Assembly: GCA_964019425.1 (NCBI GenBank)
Contig: OZ025802.1
Span: forward strand, 744,001-808,000
DNA length: 64,000 nt
Source of the DNA: Flectonema sp. DT1601
Taxonomy: Eukaryota
Direction: 5' to 3'
Numbering within the stretch: position 1 is the stretch's first letter; each line of letters starts with the position of its first letter. Positions 1-13,100 of this stretch are shown here, in pieces. Under the pieces are notes generated by a model, which was given only the letters and a program-made list of their open reading frames with translations, did no database searches and was not told the origin of the DNA. The position numbers were made by a program, and so were the translations under genes.

Positions 1-69
1 TAAATACTTTTGTAGTAGTGTAGTCTTACCAACCGTTGGGTCGCCTACGATTACTATGTTGAGGTTCAT
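1..69 (-). CDS. Small GTPase (Rab/Ras superfamily), 5' end only; continues beyond the window
   Basis: Manual translation from ATG at 69 gives MNLNIVIVGDPTVGKTTLLQKYL: a hydrophobic beta strand followed by the P-loop GxxxxGKT. Confidence 0.8.
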   Translation of the reverse strand, partial: MNLNIVIVGDPTVGKTTLLQKYL

Positions 70-110
70 TTTATTTTTATTTTATTTTTTAGTACCCTGT
101 TTCGCGGAAT

Positions 111-141
<31 letters not shown>

Positions 142-331
142 GACCTCTCAAAATGTAACTATTAAAGAGCAGGGATAGTGTTTTTTTTTTTTTTTTTTTT
201 TTTCAAAAATCTAATAAAATGCAAGTACACTATAATTAGAAAAAAAAAAAAAATAAATAAAGAAACAAACAAAGAAATCGTAAAAAAATTATAAATTATA
301 AAATATAAAATGGAGCCGACGACTTCCAGGG

Positions 332-2377
332 TTATAATAAACCCTCGCTACCATTCCAACTAACTGTCGCACCTTTCCATTGTTCTCTAGTTCGTAGAAT
401 GTCGTCCATGTATGGCACTAATTCGTTATTATTTCTGGGTTGGATCTGACAGCCAGAATCAATAGATAAATGATATTCCTCATCCTGACAACCTAATTGA
501 TCGTAGTAGAACACCTCAGCTGTTGGTGAAGACAATGCCGTTGGAGACTTTGAAAAACAAACCGTATAATGCGACTCATTCCAAATACAGAATATCGGAA
601 GCGGTGGATTCTTATAAAAATCACCAACAACAACATCACCTGTGAAATCACGAAATGATAAGAATCCAATGTCAGGAACAGAATGATCGACTCCAGACAT
701 AGTAATAACGTCAGGTGGTGTTCCGAGCTGTTTACTTCCATCAAAGACGTTGCTTGTTGCCTTTCCAATTAATAATAAATTAACAACTTCCTGAGATGAA
801 TACTGATGATGAACAATAAGAGAACCTGTTTCTTCATCCATATCAGAAACAACTCTCTCTGGTCCTCCTCGTGTTAATACAGCAGAGACTACTAGAGAGA
901 GAAGACCAGTACCATTCCTATCAGTGTAGTACTCGATATTGTCAGTTATGAACCCTCTGAGAGCATCTACATCTCGTCCAACGTTCTGCTGTCTCCAAGA
1001 CTCAAGAGTAATATTCGCATCACCAAACTTCTTCTTCTGAGAGAGATCTGGTGGGAATCCAAGTATGACAGACCCACCTGCAGCAATAATATTCAAAGTG
1101 TCAACTAGTGATTCTATTGTAGCTGTTTGTTGTTGTTCCGAAGTTATTGATGACCCACAGTCACCAAAATCAATTCCATTCTCAACAATTAACTGTTTTA
1201 AAACACGAGCTTGAACTACACTCAACACCCCACAAGGACCTCCATTATTCTGAACGAGGCCGTACTTTATTATGGAAGAGAAGTAGAATCCTTGTTGTGA
1301 CCAATGCTCAGGAATGGTTTTGCGATCTCGACAGAGTAGTTCTCGTAGTTTACGTGATGTTGATAGGTCGATTGGTCGACCCATTGTGACATGAAGAGAA
1401 CGATCTTTAATATTTAGATCCCAGTCAGCTACGGTATTGTCATCTGCTATTGGAGGAGGAGTAGTTGTTGGAATGTCTTCTGAATTGTTGTTGACGTCGA
1501 TATCCCAACCGAGTTGCTTTGATTTTGATTGCTCATCAGACCGATGATTTGAAAATCCTATTTTCAATTCCTGCAAGTCTTTAGTATAAGAATCAATACT
1601 CTCATCAGTTTCGTAGTTGGTGTCACTCACATGAACATCATCAGGATGTGGTGTTACGGTAGATTCCTCTGTCTGAACTGGACTGCTTTCCTGTCTGCTG
1701 TTGGATTGCTCTTCGGTTGCTTTCTTCTTCTTGTTTTTCCTGATGGCCTTTTCTCCAGATATTAGTATGTCGTCTATTGATTTAGATTTCCCTTTCTTCG
1801 TCTTTTTTGTATCTTTGACCTTGGCCTTGGCTTTGTCTAGTTTTAGTTGAGCTGTTTCACTTCGTTTTTTCTCCTTTGCGATTGCCTTTGAGAGTTTTTG
1901 CTGTAAGTCTTTTTTTTTTTGAATCTCAGAGCGTAGTTGAACACGTGTATCCCTCTTAACCTGAAGCTGATTTTGTAAAGCCTCTTCAGTATCACTGTCT
2001 TCGGGGTCGATCGCGGGTAACTTTGAATTCTCAGATTTTCGAGCCTGTGCGTAGTCTTTTCTTCTGACCCTTTCTTCGCAGAAAATCTCCAACAGCGTAG
2101 TTCTGGGTTTTTCCTTTTTGGTATTCCTTTCTTGTAATTTCTGAAGAACAAGTAAATCGCTCATCAAAGCCCTACTCGCTATGGTATTTACACTTCTTGG
2201 TTGTTCTATATCAAAAGCTTGAAGGGTTTTTTTAAATTTTTTACTATGCATAAACTCCCTCAGCAGTCCCTTCGAGGTTTCGTCTACTTGTGCATCTGGT
2301 GAGGCTGACAGGATCGCCGGAGGATCTTTATTTTCCTTCTTTTTTTTTTTTTTTTCAGGAGTTTTGGAATTTTCCAT
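332..2377 (-). CDS. MINDY-family deubiquitinase (MINDY-3/4, FAM188-like)
   Basis: Catalytic Cys motif GLVQNNGGPCGVLSVVQA, His motif ESHYTV and YYDQL. N-terminal LLREFMHSKKFKKT segment resembles MINDY4, followed by a Lys-rich coiled region. Confidence 0.88.
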   Translation of the reverse strand: MENSKTPEKKKKKKENKDPPAILSASPDAQVDETSKGLLREFMHSKKFKKTLQAFDIEQPRSVNTIASRALMSDLLVLQKLQERNTKKEKPRTTLLEIFCEERVRRKDYAQARKSENSKLPAIDPEDSDTEEALQNQLQVKRDTRVQLRSEIQKKKDLQQKLSKAIAKEKKRSETAQLKLDKAKAKVKDTKKTKKGKSKSIDDILISGEKAIRKNKKKKATEEQSNSRQESSPVQTEESTVTPHPDDVHVSDTNYETDESIDSYTKDLQELKIGFSNHRSDEQSKSKQLGWDIDVNNNSEDIPTTTPPPIADDNTVADWDLNIKDRSLHVTMGRPIDLSTSRKLRELLCRDRKTIPEHWSQQGFYFSSIIKYGLVQNNGGPCGVLSVVQARVLKQLIVENGIDFGDCGSSITSEQQQTATIESLVDTLNIIAAGGSVILGFPPDLSQKKKFGDANITLESWRQQNVGRDVDALRGFITDNIEYYTDRNGTGLLSLVVSAVLTRGGPERVVSDMDEETGSLIVHHQYSSQEVVNLLLIGKATSNVFDGSKQLGTPPDVITMSGVDHSVPDIGFLSFRDFTGDVVVGDFYKNPPLPIFCIWNESHYTVCFSKSPTALSSPTAEVFYYDQLGCQDEEYHLSIDSGCQIQPRNNNELVPYMDDILRTREQWKGATVSWNGSEGLL

Positions 2378-2635
2378 CTTTTCTTGTTATTCCTTTTTTG
2401 TAATTAATAAAATACAACAAAGCACACGCATGTGACATGATATTTTTTTTTTTTTTGGGTTAAGAGACGCCAAGGGTGCTCATATTATACGTGAAGTACC
2501 TAACTTTACAAAAATAATTAATAATAGAGAGCAGAAACATATATTTGTCACTACTCCCATCACATTGATGAGTTGGAACACTAGTCCGACATAAGGACAC
2601 TTTTTGGTATTGTGAGATTGCCAGAAACGGAATTT

Positions 2636-2668
<33 letters not shown>

Positions 2669-2914
2669 AATACTTAAGTTGAATCTGTTGATTCCGCAAA
2701 ATCTAAGAGGTTTTTTTCGAATATACCTTCTACACAAAAAGAGTGCAGCTTTCCTCCTTCAAAAAGAGACGACAGGATCGTCACTGTGTTGCCACTTCAG
2801 TTCTCTCCATTCAGGTTGCGGAATGTTCACACACGAGGTGAGCATGGACACCTTGCTGTAGGACCAACTGACTCGTGACCAACTTGTTGGGATCCTTTGG
2901 GATCATTTTTATTA

Positions 2915-4627
2915 TTATTCTTGAGATAAATATTTGCTCGACACAATAATTGGACCCTTCGCACCCGGTAGCATTGAGCCATCCAGACCAGCAACAGCTG
3001 CTTTTACTTCATCTAAAGTCTGTTTTTGTTTTTTTTTTGTTTTTTTTGTTGTTGTTTTTTTTGAGACAAGTCATTGTAGTCTGTGTAAAATGCATACCGT
3101 ATACTCGACCAAGCCAAACCCCTTCGACTTCGCAGTTGCCTTATCTTTCCAGATTGTATACCGCCGAAGTTCACCATAGGGAGAGAATAAATTATAAAGA
3201 TCCTGCTCAGAGAATTTATCAGGCAAACCTTTGACTATAGCGTTAGCTACTGTTTGAGATGTGTCACTGAGTGGTTCGTGGATGTTCTCTTTGGCAAAAT
3301 TAATCCTTAGGTGAGTAGTAGTGTCTCCTGCAGTGACAGGGAAGTCGTGTAAGTTAAGTAAACAAACAGCTGATTGGTCGATAGTTTCAAGTTGAATCAT
3401 AAGTAACTGATGACCACCTGATTTAGGACCCAATTTATAACTTTCTAGAGTTCCGTAATTCGCAAAAGCCGTTAACAACTCAGAAGGAGCACATGCTTCA
3501 GGGAATCCCCAAACTACTAATGTTGGTTTCGGAGATGCCATGTTTTCATACGACCGAGAATCATAAAATCTATGTAGTTTTGATCCAGTGTATTCATAAT
3601 ACTTTAGAATGTCGTGATCGCTGTTTTCACGTCGAATGCCGGGGTTGGTCGCACCAAAAACTCTCAGAGATGATCCGAATAATATCAATCTATCAAGATG
3701 TACTCTAACGCACTCTGCTTGACGAACTGTTGCTAATTCAACAAGTGCTTGAGTTGGTTCTTTCATAAATCTAACGCGTTGAACATCTCCATAACAACCA
3801 CATAAAACAAATAATGAATCAGTTGTCATGACTCTCTTACCGAGAGTGTCACTAATAGTTGGGATACCAGAGAGAAGTAGAACTGGAGTTGAAGCTGGAC
3901 GACCTTCACCCTTAGAGTTGTTCTTGCTGGGTGCTTTCTCTTCTCTACTACTAATATGATATCCACCATATGGTCCTTGTGGTTGTGGATATGGTGAGTA
4001 GCTGTCTGATTGATATGTTGGTGGGGCTTTACCTCCTTTTCCTTTACCTCCTTTTCCGCCTTTGCCAGAGCCCTTTCCGTTTTTAGATTTTCCTCCGCTG
4101 CCTCCTCCGCCTCCGCCTCCGCTGCCAGCAGGTCTTGTTGAGTCCCAATTGCAGGTATCGTCCTTTCCGATATTTAAACAAGTACGGTCAGTTATTCTGA
4201 GGGTTAGCTGATTCGCTCCACCGTCATAAAGGAATTTTTTGTTTAGACTTTCTATTGCTGATGAGGCTTGTTCTTCGGTAGTCATTTCTACGAAACCTTG
4301 CGTGTTGTTGTCTTTTGAGAAGACAGTGATTCTAATAGGCGATCCAACCTTACCAAAAACATCTCTTATCATCTTCGCGTCTACTGGGTACAGACAATTA
4401 CCAACAGAGAAGTATATGACTCGTCCTGATGTTCCTTGATCTCGACTAGATGGATCATAGTCTCTTGTAGAAGGCTCATACTCTGGAACTGAAGCTTGAG
4501 GCTCATATTCTCCAATTGGAGCTGCAGTCGGAATTGAACTTGACGCATTGTATTCTTCCATTGGTGTTGCCGCATACGATTCGAATGCCGTCGGATCGTA
4601 AGCCGCAGGGTCATAGGCAGGCTCCAT
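2915..4627 (-). CDS. PTB/hnRNP L-like multi-RRM RNA-binding protein; exons 4627-3098 and 3019-2915
   Basis: PTB-type RRM segments (QGFVEM, LFVLCGCYGDVQRVRF, YTGSKLHRF, HLRINFAK) and a Gly/Lys-rich linker. Removing the 78-nt intron 3020-3097 completes the last RRM (KGFGLVEYT|TLDEVKAAVAGLDG). Likely start MEPAY at 4627. Confidence 0.85.
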
Positions 4628-6543
4628 TTTATTTATGTCACGCTTCCCTTTTAATAAATTAGTGTGTTGTATATTTATAAATACATTATTTACGACAAAA
4701 CAGTGCTGACAAATATCAATTATTTTCATAATAAGATTTCAATCGTCAGTTTAGTTGCCGTAGATAGAGATAGATGTGCACAGGCATTTTTTTTTTTTTT
4801 TTTTTTTTTTGAATTCTCAGAATATAATCCAGCGAAAACAAGGCTACAGAATTTTTTTTTTTTTTTTTGGATAAAAACAGCAGATAGGAAAGCTCAATAT
4901 CACCAGTTATAAGTTTATATGTTTTATTGCCGCAGACTAGGTGCCAGCGCAATGGGAGTGGTTAGAACGTCTTAGTTCATGCTTACTGAAGTTTCAATAA
5001 GAAGAGGGAATGATTTTCCCCCTGTGCTAAAAAAAAGTAGTAAAAATCAAACAGCGTTCTGGAAAAAAAAGAGAGAGCAGTATAATTTATTATTTTTATA
5101 TTATTTTTTTTTTTTCCAGGAAAAAAAAAAAAAAAAATTACTAACAATATTAACCACTAGTTAACGAAAACAAGCATTTTTTTTTTTTTTAAATGTTCGC
5201 AACAGGCCTATTTAAGAAGATTAACTAAGTCACAGATTAAGTTACTTACTAAGAAACTGAGGACGCTGTCGGAATAACTGAGGGGGGGTGGATATAAAAG
5301 TTATACTAACGTCACTCTACAAAACAGGATTTTCCATTATCAGCCATCAAAAAAACAGCGCAGCTCATCCTCTCCTTTACTCCTATTGCAATTTAAAAAG
5401 CGAGAAGAATAATTAACTTACGTTATATAAACTAACACAAAAATACTAACTACATCGTGGCAGTCAGTTTGCCTGCTCCTGTAGACATGGAGTATTGGGC
5501 CAAAGAGAAGGGTAATAAAGGAAAGGTACATAATGGCAAAAAAAAAGAAATATGTTTCACGTAATAAATGATATACTCTTTTTCTCACAAATACCGTTAT
5601 AAAGGAAAAAATAAAAATGGGGGGGGAATGGGGGAAATATATTAATCGTTAGCTTCCCCACGGAGAGAGAACATACGTTGGCATTCCAGTAGCATTGCAC
5701 AGCATCGAGGTACTGATTCAGGGAAACCATATTATTATTATTATTTATCGAAAGTCAGGAAGTCAAATCCTCAGAGAAGCTCACAAGGTACCAGTCATTC
5801 AAACAACACAATCGTGAGAAAATGAATTGACCAAAAGCAAATGACTACCTAGACCCACTGCGTGCACGAAGCAGGCAGTGTAAGAGATGGCTGAAAAAAA
5901 AACACTCGAAAAAAAAAAAGAAGAAAAAAAAAAAACAGAAACGACATGACATGCGCATTCGCGCATTTTCATCCCGTCCGTATTTAGAAAAAATTACCAA
6001 CGTGGTACCACTGACAAAGTTCGTAACTTTTTGTAAGGTTTAAAAATTTCATTTTTTGAGGTTTTTTTTATTCAACCAGAGTCGGGACGAATTCGACTGG
6101 AATATTAAAAAACAAAACAAAAAACCCCAGCTTTCCTGAAATCCGCAAGAGAAACCAATTCCACGACTCTCATATCCCCTTCGCAAGAAATGTGAAAATA
6201 CAAGTTAACCATCTAGTGTTAAAACAGTGCTGGTTTAATAGTGTAGCTGGCTAAGCAAGTAACACACACTCCTTAGCAGATTGGTATAAACGAGTAACAT
6301 TAGATAATACTGATCTAAGTGAGATGTTTTAAAAAAGAAAAAACGGAACCGGTCGGAAAAAAAAAAAGAAAAAAAAAAACCACCTGCATCGGTGCGAGCG
6401 TTGGCTAATTAGCTATTGTATGTGGAATATATTATAAAAGAAAGTTAACTATAAGGAAAGAATCCACAGGATGGAGAAAAGGGTAGGTTGGCCAACTAGT
6501 TAGCAAAATACAACTACCACATTACATAAACTAATAAAGCAAA

Positions 6544-6576
<33 letters not shown>

Positions 6577-6579
6577 AAA

Positions 6580-6828
6580 AAAGTCCCCCCAACTGAAGGT
6601 GAATAATTCTAAGCTAAGAACTACTTTAAAAAAATCCCCCCCCCCTTTGAGCTTGAAAATGCAGTATCAAATTACCCCCAGGCAATGTTCAACGCCTCCT
6701 GTTTCATGGTGACAGTATTTTTATTTTTTTGTGCAAAGACCTGCAGTATTCTTTCCAGATAAATCTTTTCGTATCGTATCAAAGTCCCCCCAACTGAAGG
6801 TGAATAATTCTAAGCTAAGAACTACTTT
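6580..6828. repeat. Perfect 48-bp direct repeat (6580-6627 and 6781-6828)
   Basis: AAAGTCCCCCCAACTGAAGGTGAATAATTCTAAGCTAAGAACTACTTT occurs twice, 201 bp apart. Confidence 0.9.
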
Positions 6829-6862
6829 TTTTGTCTACCCAGTTAAATTCTTAAAAAAATCG

Positions 6863-6894
<32 letters not shown>

Positions 6895-9800
6895 CTGAAC
6901 GAAAGTTAAGAAAGCCAAAGAGCCATCAGTCATTCACATCTCACGCAGAATTGAAAGTTTGCAAGCAGAATGACATTTTTTTTGCGCACTTTAACCCACT
7001 GCTGTAGTAACAGCTGAAAGCCTAAATAAAAAGGAGCGAATGCTCTCTCTTACCAGCAAGCATACAATAAGGTTCATCACCATCTCAAACTTGAGAATTA
7101 AAAAAATTTTCAAAAAAAAGAAATTTCCCAACACAGAATGAAATATCATGTGTCAGTGACAGAAAAAAAAAAAAAAAAAGATAAATAAATAGATATAGAT
7201 TTTAGAATATGAAGTTTGTTTTAAAAAAAAATAGTGAAATAAATAAATAAAAAATAAAATAAAAAACACAATCATTCCGCCGTTAGTATATATGAAATTA
7301 CACTTAAAGGAAATAAAAATAATGAAAAACATTAAGCTGCTCCCATCAGTGGAAAAAACGTCATTATTTCATATATCACCACCAGTAAGTTCCGAGAACC
7401 CTCATTTTAACATTTTCAAAACAAAAATCAGTTTTACTATTCGGTTGTCTCGATCGCTCCGTTGTTTGTTAGTTAGCAAGTCGACGACTGATGACTGTCG
7501 GGTCATCAGAAGAAGACCTAATTACGGAGATTGTGTTTCTTATAGATTAGGCTGGAAGGTACTATTCAGGTGTCCACCTTGCCCCAGATGCTAACGAGTT
7601 TTTTAAAAAAAAAAACCAAAAAATAAATAATCAAAAAAAAGTGTGAAGAGTAACTATTGACAACACACACACATATAAAAAATAAAAAAAAAATCTTTCT
7701 TTTTGCCTCATTAAATAATCACAACGGGCCTAACGCCATACCGAAAGGACAATAATAAAAAAAAAAAACTCCTCCCTCTCGGAACATGACAAGGCCGTTC
7801 ACCCCTAATCAGTACTATTTTAAAGGGTGCTTTAAAAAAAGAATAATAGCTCAAATGAACCAGTTAGTTTTTAAGTCTTAACTACTCAAACCACAGCTGA
7901 CGAGTTAATTTTTGAAAGAACGGGGAGGAGGGTGGGGAAGGGGAACAACAAAAAAAAAAAAAAAAGAGAGGTTGCTAAAATGGTTTCAGGAAGAAAGGGA
8001 GTAACGGCACAACGCGCTTAACACTGCAATTGACAATTATGAAACCAATAATAAGAACAACCTAACAAAAAGGTTAACGTTTACCAGAATAAAATATTTT
8101 CAAAAAAAAAAAAAAACCGACAAGAAAACCTCAGTGAAGGGACTTTGTCTAAAGGTCAAGACAGAAGTCAAATAAAAAGTAGCTAACAGCCGACCATAGA
8201 AAACATTTATTACTATCGAGCAAAGACACACTCTGCAGTAATCCCATCGTGGATGTTACCAAACAACAAAGAAAAAAAGGAGAGAGGGTAAGGAAAAAAA
8301 AAAAAACCAAAAAAGAAAAAAGATGAATGCAGCAACAGCTGGAAAGTAGGTAGTGAGCCGAGTTGAACACAAATGGAGTAAAATAACCAAAAGAACGGGG
8401 AAGAGGGGAGAAGGGTACCCGAGTATTGATAAAGAAGCACTGCAATAGAAGCTGCTTAACGTTACTACTCAAGTCTGAATCAAAACTACTCATAACACAG
8501 ATAGTTAATAATCCATTGAAGGTGAGGTACTCGGGACGATTAAAATAAAAGAAAACAATCTACGCATTCTGTTGCTTATGTTTTGTCTTTGCTGGCTTCT
8601 TATCGAAGCTCACAAAGAAAGAATTCGTTCTTCGGTCAACTTATTTGAGTAAAGCTGGCACTCATACTGAAGCTACAGACCTTTTAAATAAGAGAGACGT
8701 TGGAAATAACAAGTTTCCAATACAGAAACGAATACAGATAAAACAGAAGTTGTAACAAAAAGGGAGCGCGGGGAACAGGAATCTCAAAACGACTCTTACG
8801 CAGCCCTCCACATGAAACCAGCTACCTAAACGAGTAGTATCATCAAAGCACTTTAACGTGCAAATATAATATAACAACTTAGTAGTAGTAGCTTAGGCTG
8901 TTTATCACATGGAAGAGGATGCGACAAGAGTCGCAGAGGATGAGAAATGGTTGACGATAATAAACTAATTTTATCAAATACGATGGGAAATAGTAACAAT
9001 TTTGTTTGAAAGGAAAAGTACTTTTTCGGCAATAAGTCAGAATCTCAAACTTGACGCTTGATGCAGACTATGCCGTTCTACCGTCTTTTGGGTACAACTC
9101 AAAAAGAAAATTCAAACAGAACTGAGTGCAGCCTCAAAATCCAAAATATTTTATTAAAATGATCAGCTTGAGAATAATGAGCGATCTTTCCAAAGTATAA
9201 AAAAAAAAAGAAAAACGTTGCAAAATTGTTTGCGAAGGACTTACAAGTAGCGCAATCAACCACAATAGAGATGTAAGGTCAGACCTTTATCTACAAGTAA
9301 CAACGTTGATCTAAACGCTGCTGTATAACTTCGTTTAAAAAAAAGGATACTCACGTGCAACATTTTAATGTGAAATAAAATAAAATAAAATAAAAGGGTG
9401 GGAACCAGGTATAAGCAGGTAACCACTGCGATCGATTAAAGCACCAGCCACTAACAGAATAGAGTGGAACATCATAAAAAAGAAAAAAATGACACACACT
9501 CTAAAAGATCGATGAGCGTAAAAAATCAAATTAGCGCAACGAGTTAGGAAAGAGGACAACAATCAGAAGAACGAAAAATAAAACAATTCACATATGCTAA
9601 CTGTTGGCTAACAGATCTCTATCCCAAAGAGAGTACTATAGGTGTGTTTCATTAATGAGCGAGTATTCACTCACAGAGAAAGGAGGAACGATTCTTAACA
9701 ACAAAGTACACGTCAGTTCTTTTTGTACCAACCTAATTAAATAGATTGGCAATACAGTTGGAAAAGGAAAGAGGGGAGTAATAAAGAAAACTATCACCTC

Positions 9801-10175
9801 CCAGCCAACGTCTGTACAAGTTAAATTGGATCTCGCAGTATGTTCGGTAATGGCTATTTTTCAAAACAGTAGTTTTTTAAAAAAGAAAAATATTAAAAAA
9901 AACACAACGAGTAGATGTAACACGAAGAACAAGAAGAAACAGCAGTATTTAATTTAAAAGATCACGCTGGGCTATTACACTTTTTTATTTTTTTTTTTTT
10001 TTTTTCCCCTCCCTACTACTCAATGCCATTAAACAATATAACTGTCCGATAAACGATGACGTAATACATTACTACCTGACATGAATAGTAACGCAAGAAA
10101 AAAAGGAGGCAAAAATAAAAAGAACAAGAAAACAAAAAAAACAAAACAAAAAAAGAAAAAGAAAAAAAAAAGCAC

Positions 10176-13100
10176 TTAATAATCCCGTCGTGAAAGAGTT
10201 AAATCTTTGCGACGCATGTCATTGCGAGTCCGTAAGCGGGTTAATGCAGCAGCTGATCCCGGAGTCATGAGTTTAGAGATAGAACCAGATGTTGATGCCC
10301 TCGGTAGACTTGAATTAGTAGCGGGTCCTAGCAGTGAGTTCATCTTCGCGTGTAAGCTGCCGAGTGTGGAAGAGCTTTTGTCCAATGGATCGCTTGCATC
10401 ATCATTACCTTGAGTTGGTTGATCAGCATCTGGAATCCATTCGTTCACGTCAGTACTCTGAATAGATACATCAGGAGTGAGTAACGAACTCTTACTTTGA
10501 TCATTTTTAAAATCAATCCCCTGATTAGGTTCATCTGCATCAGCAACCCAACGTCCAAAACTCTTCGTTCTCAAAGGGGAAAACGGACTACGCGGTCCTC
10601 TTCTTACCGGCGATGAAATACTCAACGGTTCATCACCAAATGATATACTTGACTTATTACCTAAAGACGATCTGTTATTTGAGCTAGCAGCACCAGGGCT
10701 ACCAATCACAGGTGAAGTCTCAACTGAATTTATCGCATTTGAGTTCATTTTATTACTACCCGATGGTGACGTTGCCTCATATAAATCAGCCAGTCCCGCA
10801 TCACTCTTTACTTTATTATCATCAGGGATGTCTTCATCGAGGTTTGTGTATTTTGCATCTTCGTTCATCAAGTGGTGTCCAAGAAGTGTCTTTTCTTCTT
10901 CTTCGAGATGAAGAGTTTCACATCGTTCGATTTCACCAGAGTGAAAATTTGATCGCTTCCTTCTCTTTGTACATAAGAAGCAGAGTAACAGCAGCAAGCC
11001 CAGTAGAAGAACTCCCGCTACTACTAAGATCCACCAGTCAAAACCGTCGTCTTTTTCTTCTACTCCTGCAGCAGATTGCACACTACTATTTCCTGAATTA
11101 GATGAGTTAGGTGAGAGAGTTGCTAAACCAGAAGGAGTAAATGTATCAACTGAGGGGCTCAATGATCCAACAACAGCTGGTTGCAATGTTTCCGCTGAGG
11201 GACTCAACGATCTAACAGCTCCTGGTATCAACGTTTCAGCAACAGGCAGAGCAGTTCTTGGTGATACCGTGCCACTAACACTTGGGGATAGAGAAACACT
11301 TTTCGGGTCCGTTGGTACTGGAGTCCCGGGCGAGAGTGTACCAACACCCCCTGGGGCAAAGGTCGCGGAAGGTACTTCTGTTGTAGCCACTGGGGTGACA
11401 GTAGAAATCGGTGCAGGAGGAAGAGGAATAACTACTGGGGTACTTGTGGGAATCACAAACACAGGAAGTGGAACCAAAGTTGGCTCAGCAGTTGGTACAT
11501 CAGTTTCTGGTACATCAGTCACATCAGAGCAGCAAGTTAACTCATCACATCCACTACTATCACATTCAATTACATCTGAGAGCTTCTTCAAGTATCCAAC
11601 TGAGCATACAAAATTTGAGCAACTCACTGAACACTTGTGAGCTACTTTCTTATTGCTACAACCAGAAGAACAAACGTATCCAGTCGCACAGTCACATGCC
11701 CATTCGTGGCTTGGCTTCTCAACACAGATACCACCGTTTCCAACGGCATCACAAGAGTGGAGTCCGCTCACACAAGGATGAGGAACTGGAGTCGGCACAA
11801 GAGTTGGGTCACTGCAGCAAGTTGCGTCGTCACAGGTCGTTGGTGTGTTTCCTGTGCATGCAATGGTGTCTGCTCCACCCTTCAAGTATCCGACAGTGCA
11901 TCCTGCATATGTGCTGCAAGCAGAGTTACATGTATGTCCGGTGTGAACTCCACTGCATCCAGCAGTACAAACGTATCCAGTCGCACAGTCACATGCCCAT
12001 TCGTGGCTTGGCTTCTCAACACAGATACCACCGTTTCCAACGGCATCACAAGAGTGGAGTCCGCTCACACAAGGATGAGGAACCGGAGTCGGCACAAGAG
12101 TTGGGTCACTGCAGCAAGTTGCGTCGTCACAGGTCGTTGGTGTGTTTCCTGTGCATGCAATGGTGTCTGCTCCACCCTTCAAGTATCCGACAGTGCATCC
12201 TGCATATGTGCTGCAAGCAGAGTTACATGTGTGTCCGGTGTGAACTCCACTGCATCCAGCAGTACAAACGTATCCAGTCGCACAGTCACATGCCCATTCG
12301 TGGCTTGGCTTCTCAACACAGATACCACCGTTTCCAACGGCATCACAAGAGTGGAGTCCGCTCACACAAGGATGAGGAACCGGAGTCGGCACAAGAGTTG
12401 GGTCACTGCAGCAAGTTGCGTCGTCACAGGTCGTTGGTGTGTTTCCTGTGCATGCAATGGTGTCTGCTCCACCCTTCAAGTATCCGACAGTGCATCCTGC
12501 ATATGTGCTGCAAGCAGAGTTACATGTGTGTCCGGTGTGAACTCCACTGCATCCAGCAGTACAAACGTATCCAGTCGCACAGTCACATGCCCATTCGTGG
12601 CTTGGCTTCTCAACACAGATACCACCGTTTCCAACGGCATCACAAGAGTGGAGTCCGCTCACACAAGGATGAGGAACCGGAGTCGGCACAAGAGTTGGGT
12701 CACTGCAGCAAGTTGCGTCGTCACAGGTCGTTGGTGTGTTTCCTGTGCATGCAATGGTGTCTGCTCCACCCTTCAAGTATCCGACAGTGCATCCTGCATA
12801 TGTGCTGCAAGCAGAGTTACATGTGTGTCCGGTGTGAACTCCACTGCATCCAGCAGTACAAACGTATCCAGTCGCACAGTCACATGCCCATTCGTGGCTT
12901 GGCTTCTCAACACAGATACCACCGTTTCCAACGGCATCACAAGAGTGGAGTCCGCTCACACAAGGATGAGGAACCGGAGTCGGCACAAGAGTTGGGTCAC
13001 TGCAGCAAGTTGCGTCGTCACAGGACGTTGGTGTGTTTCCTGTGCATGCAATGGTGTCTGCTCCACCCTTCAAGTATCCGACAGTGCATCCTGCATATGT

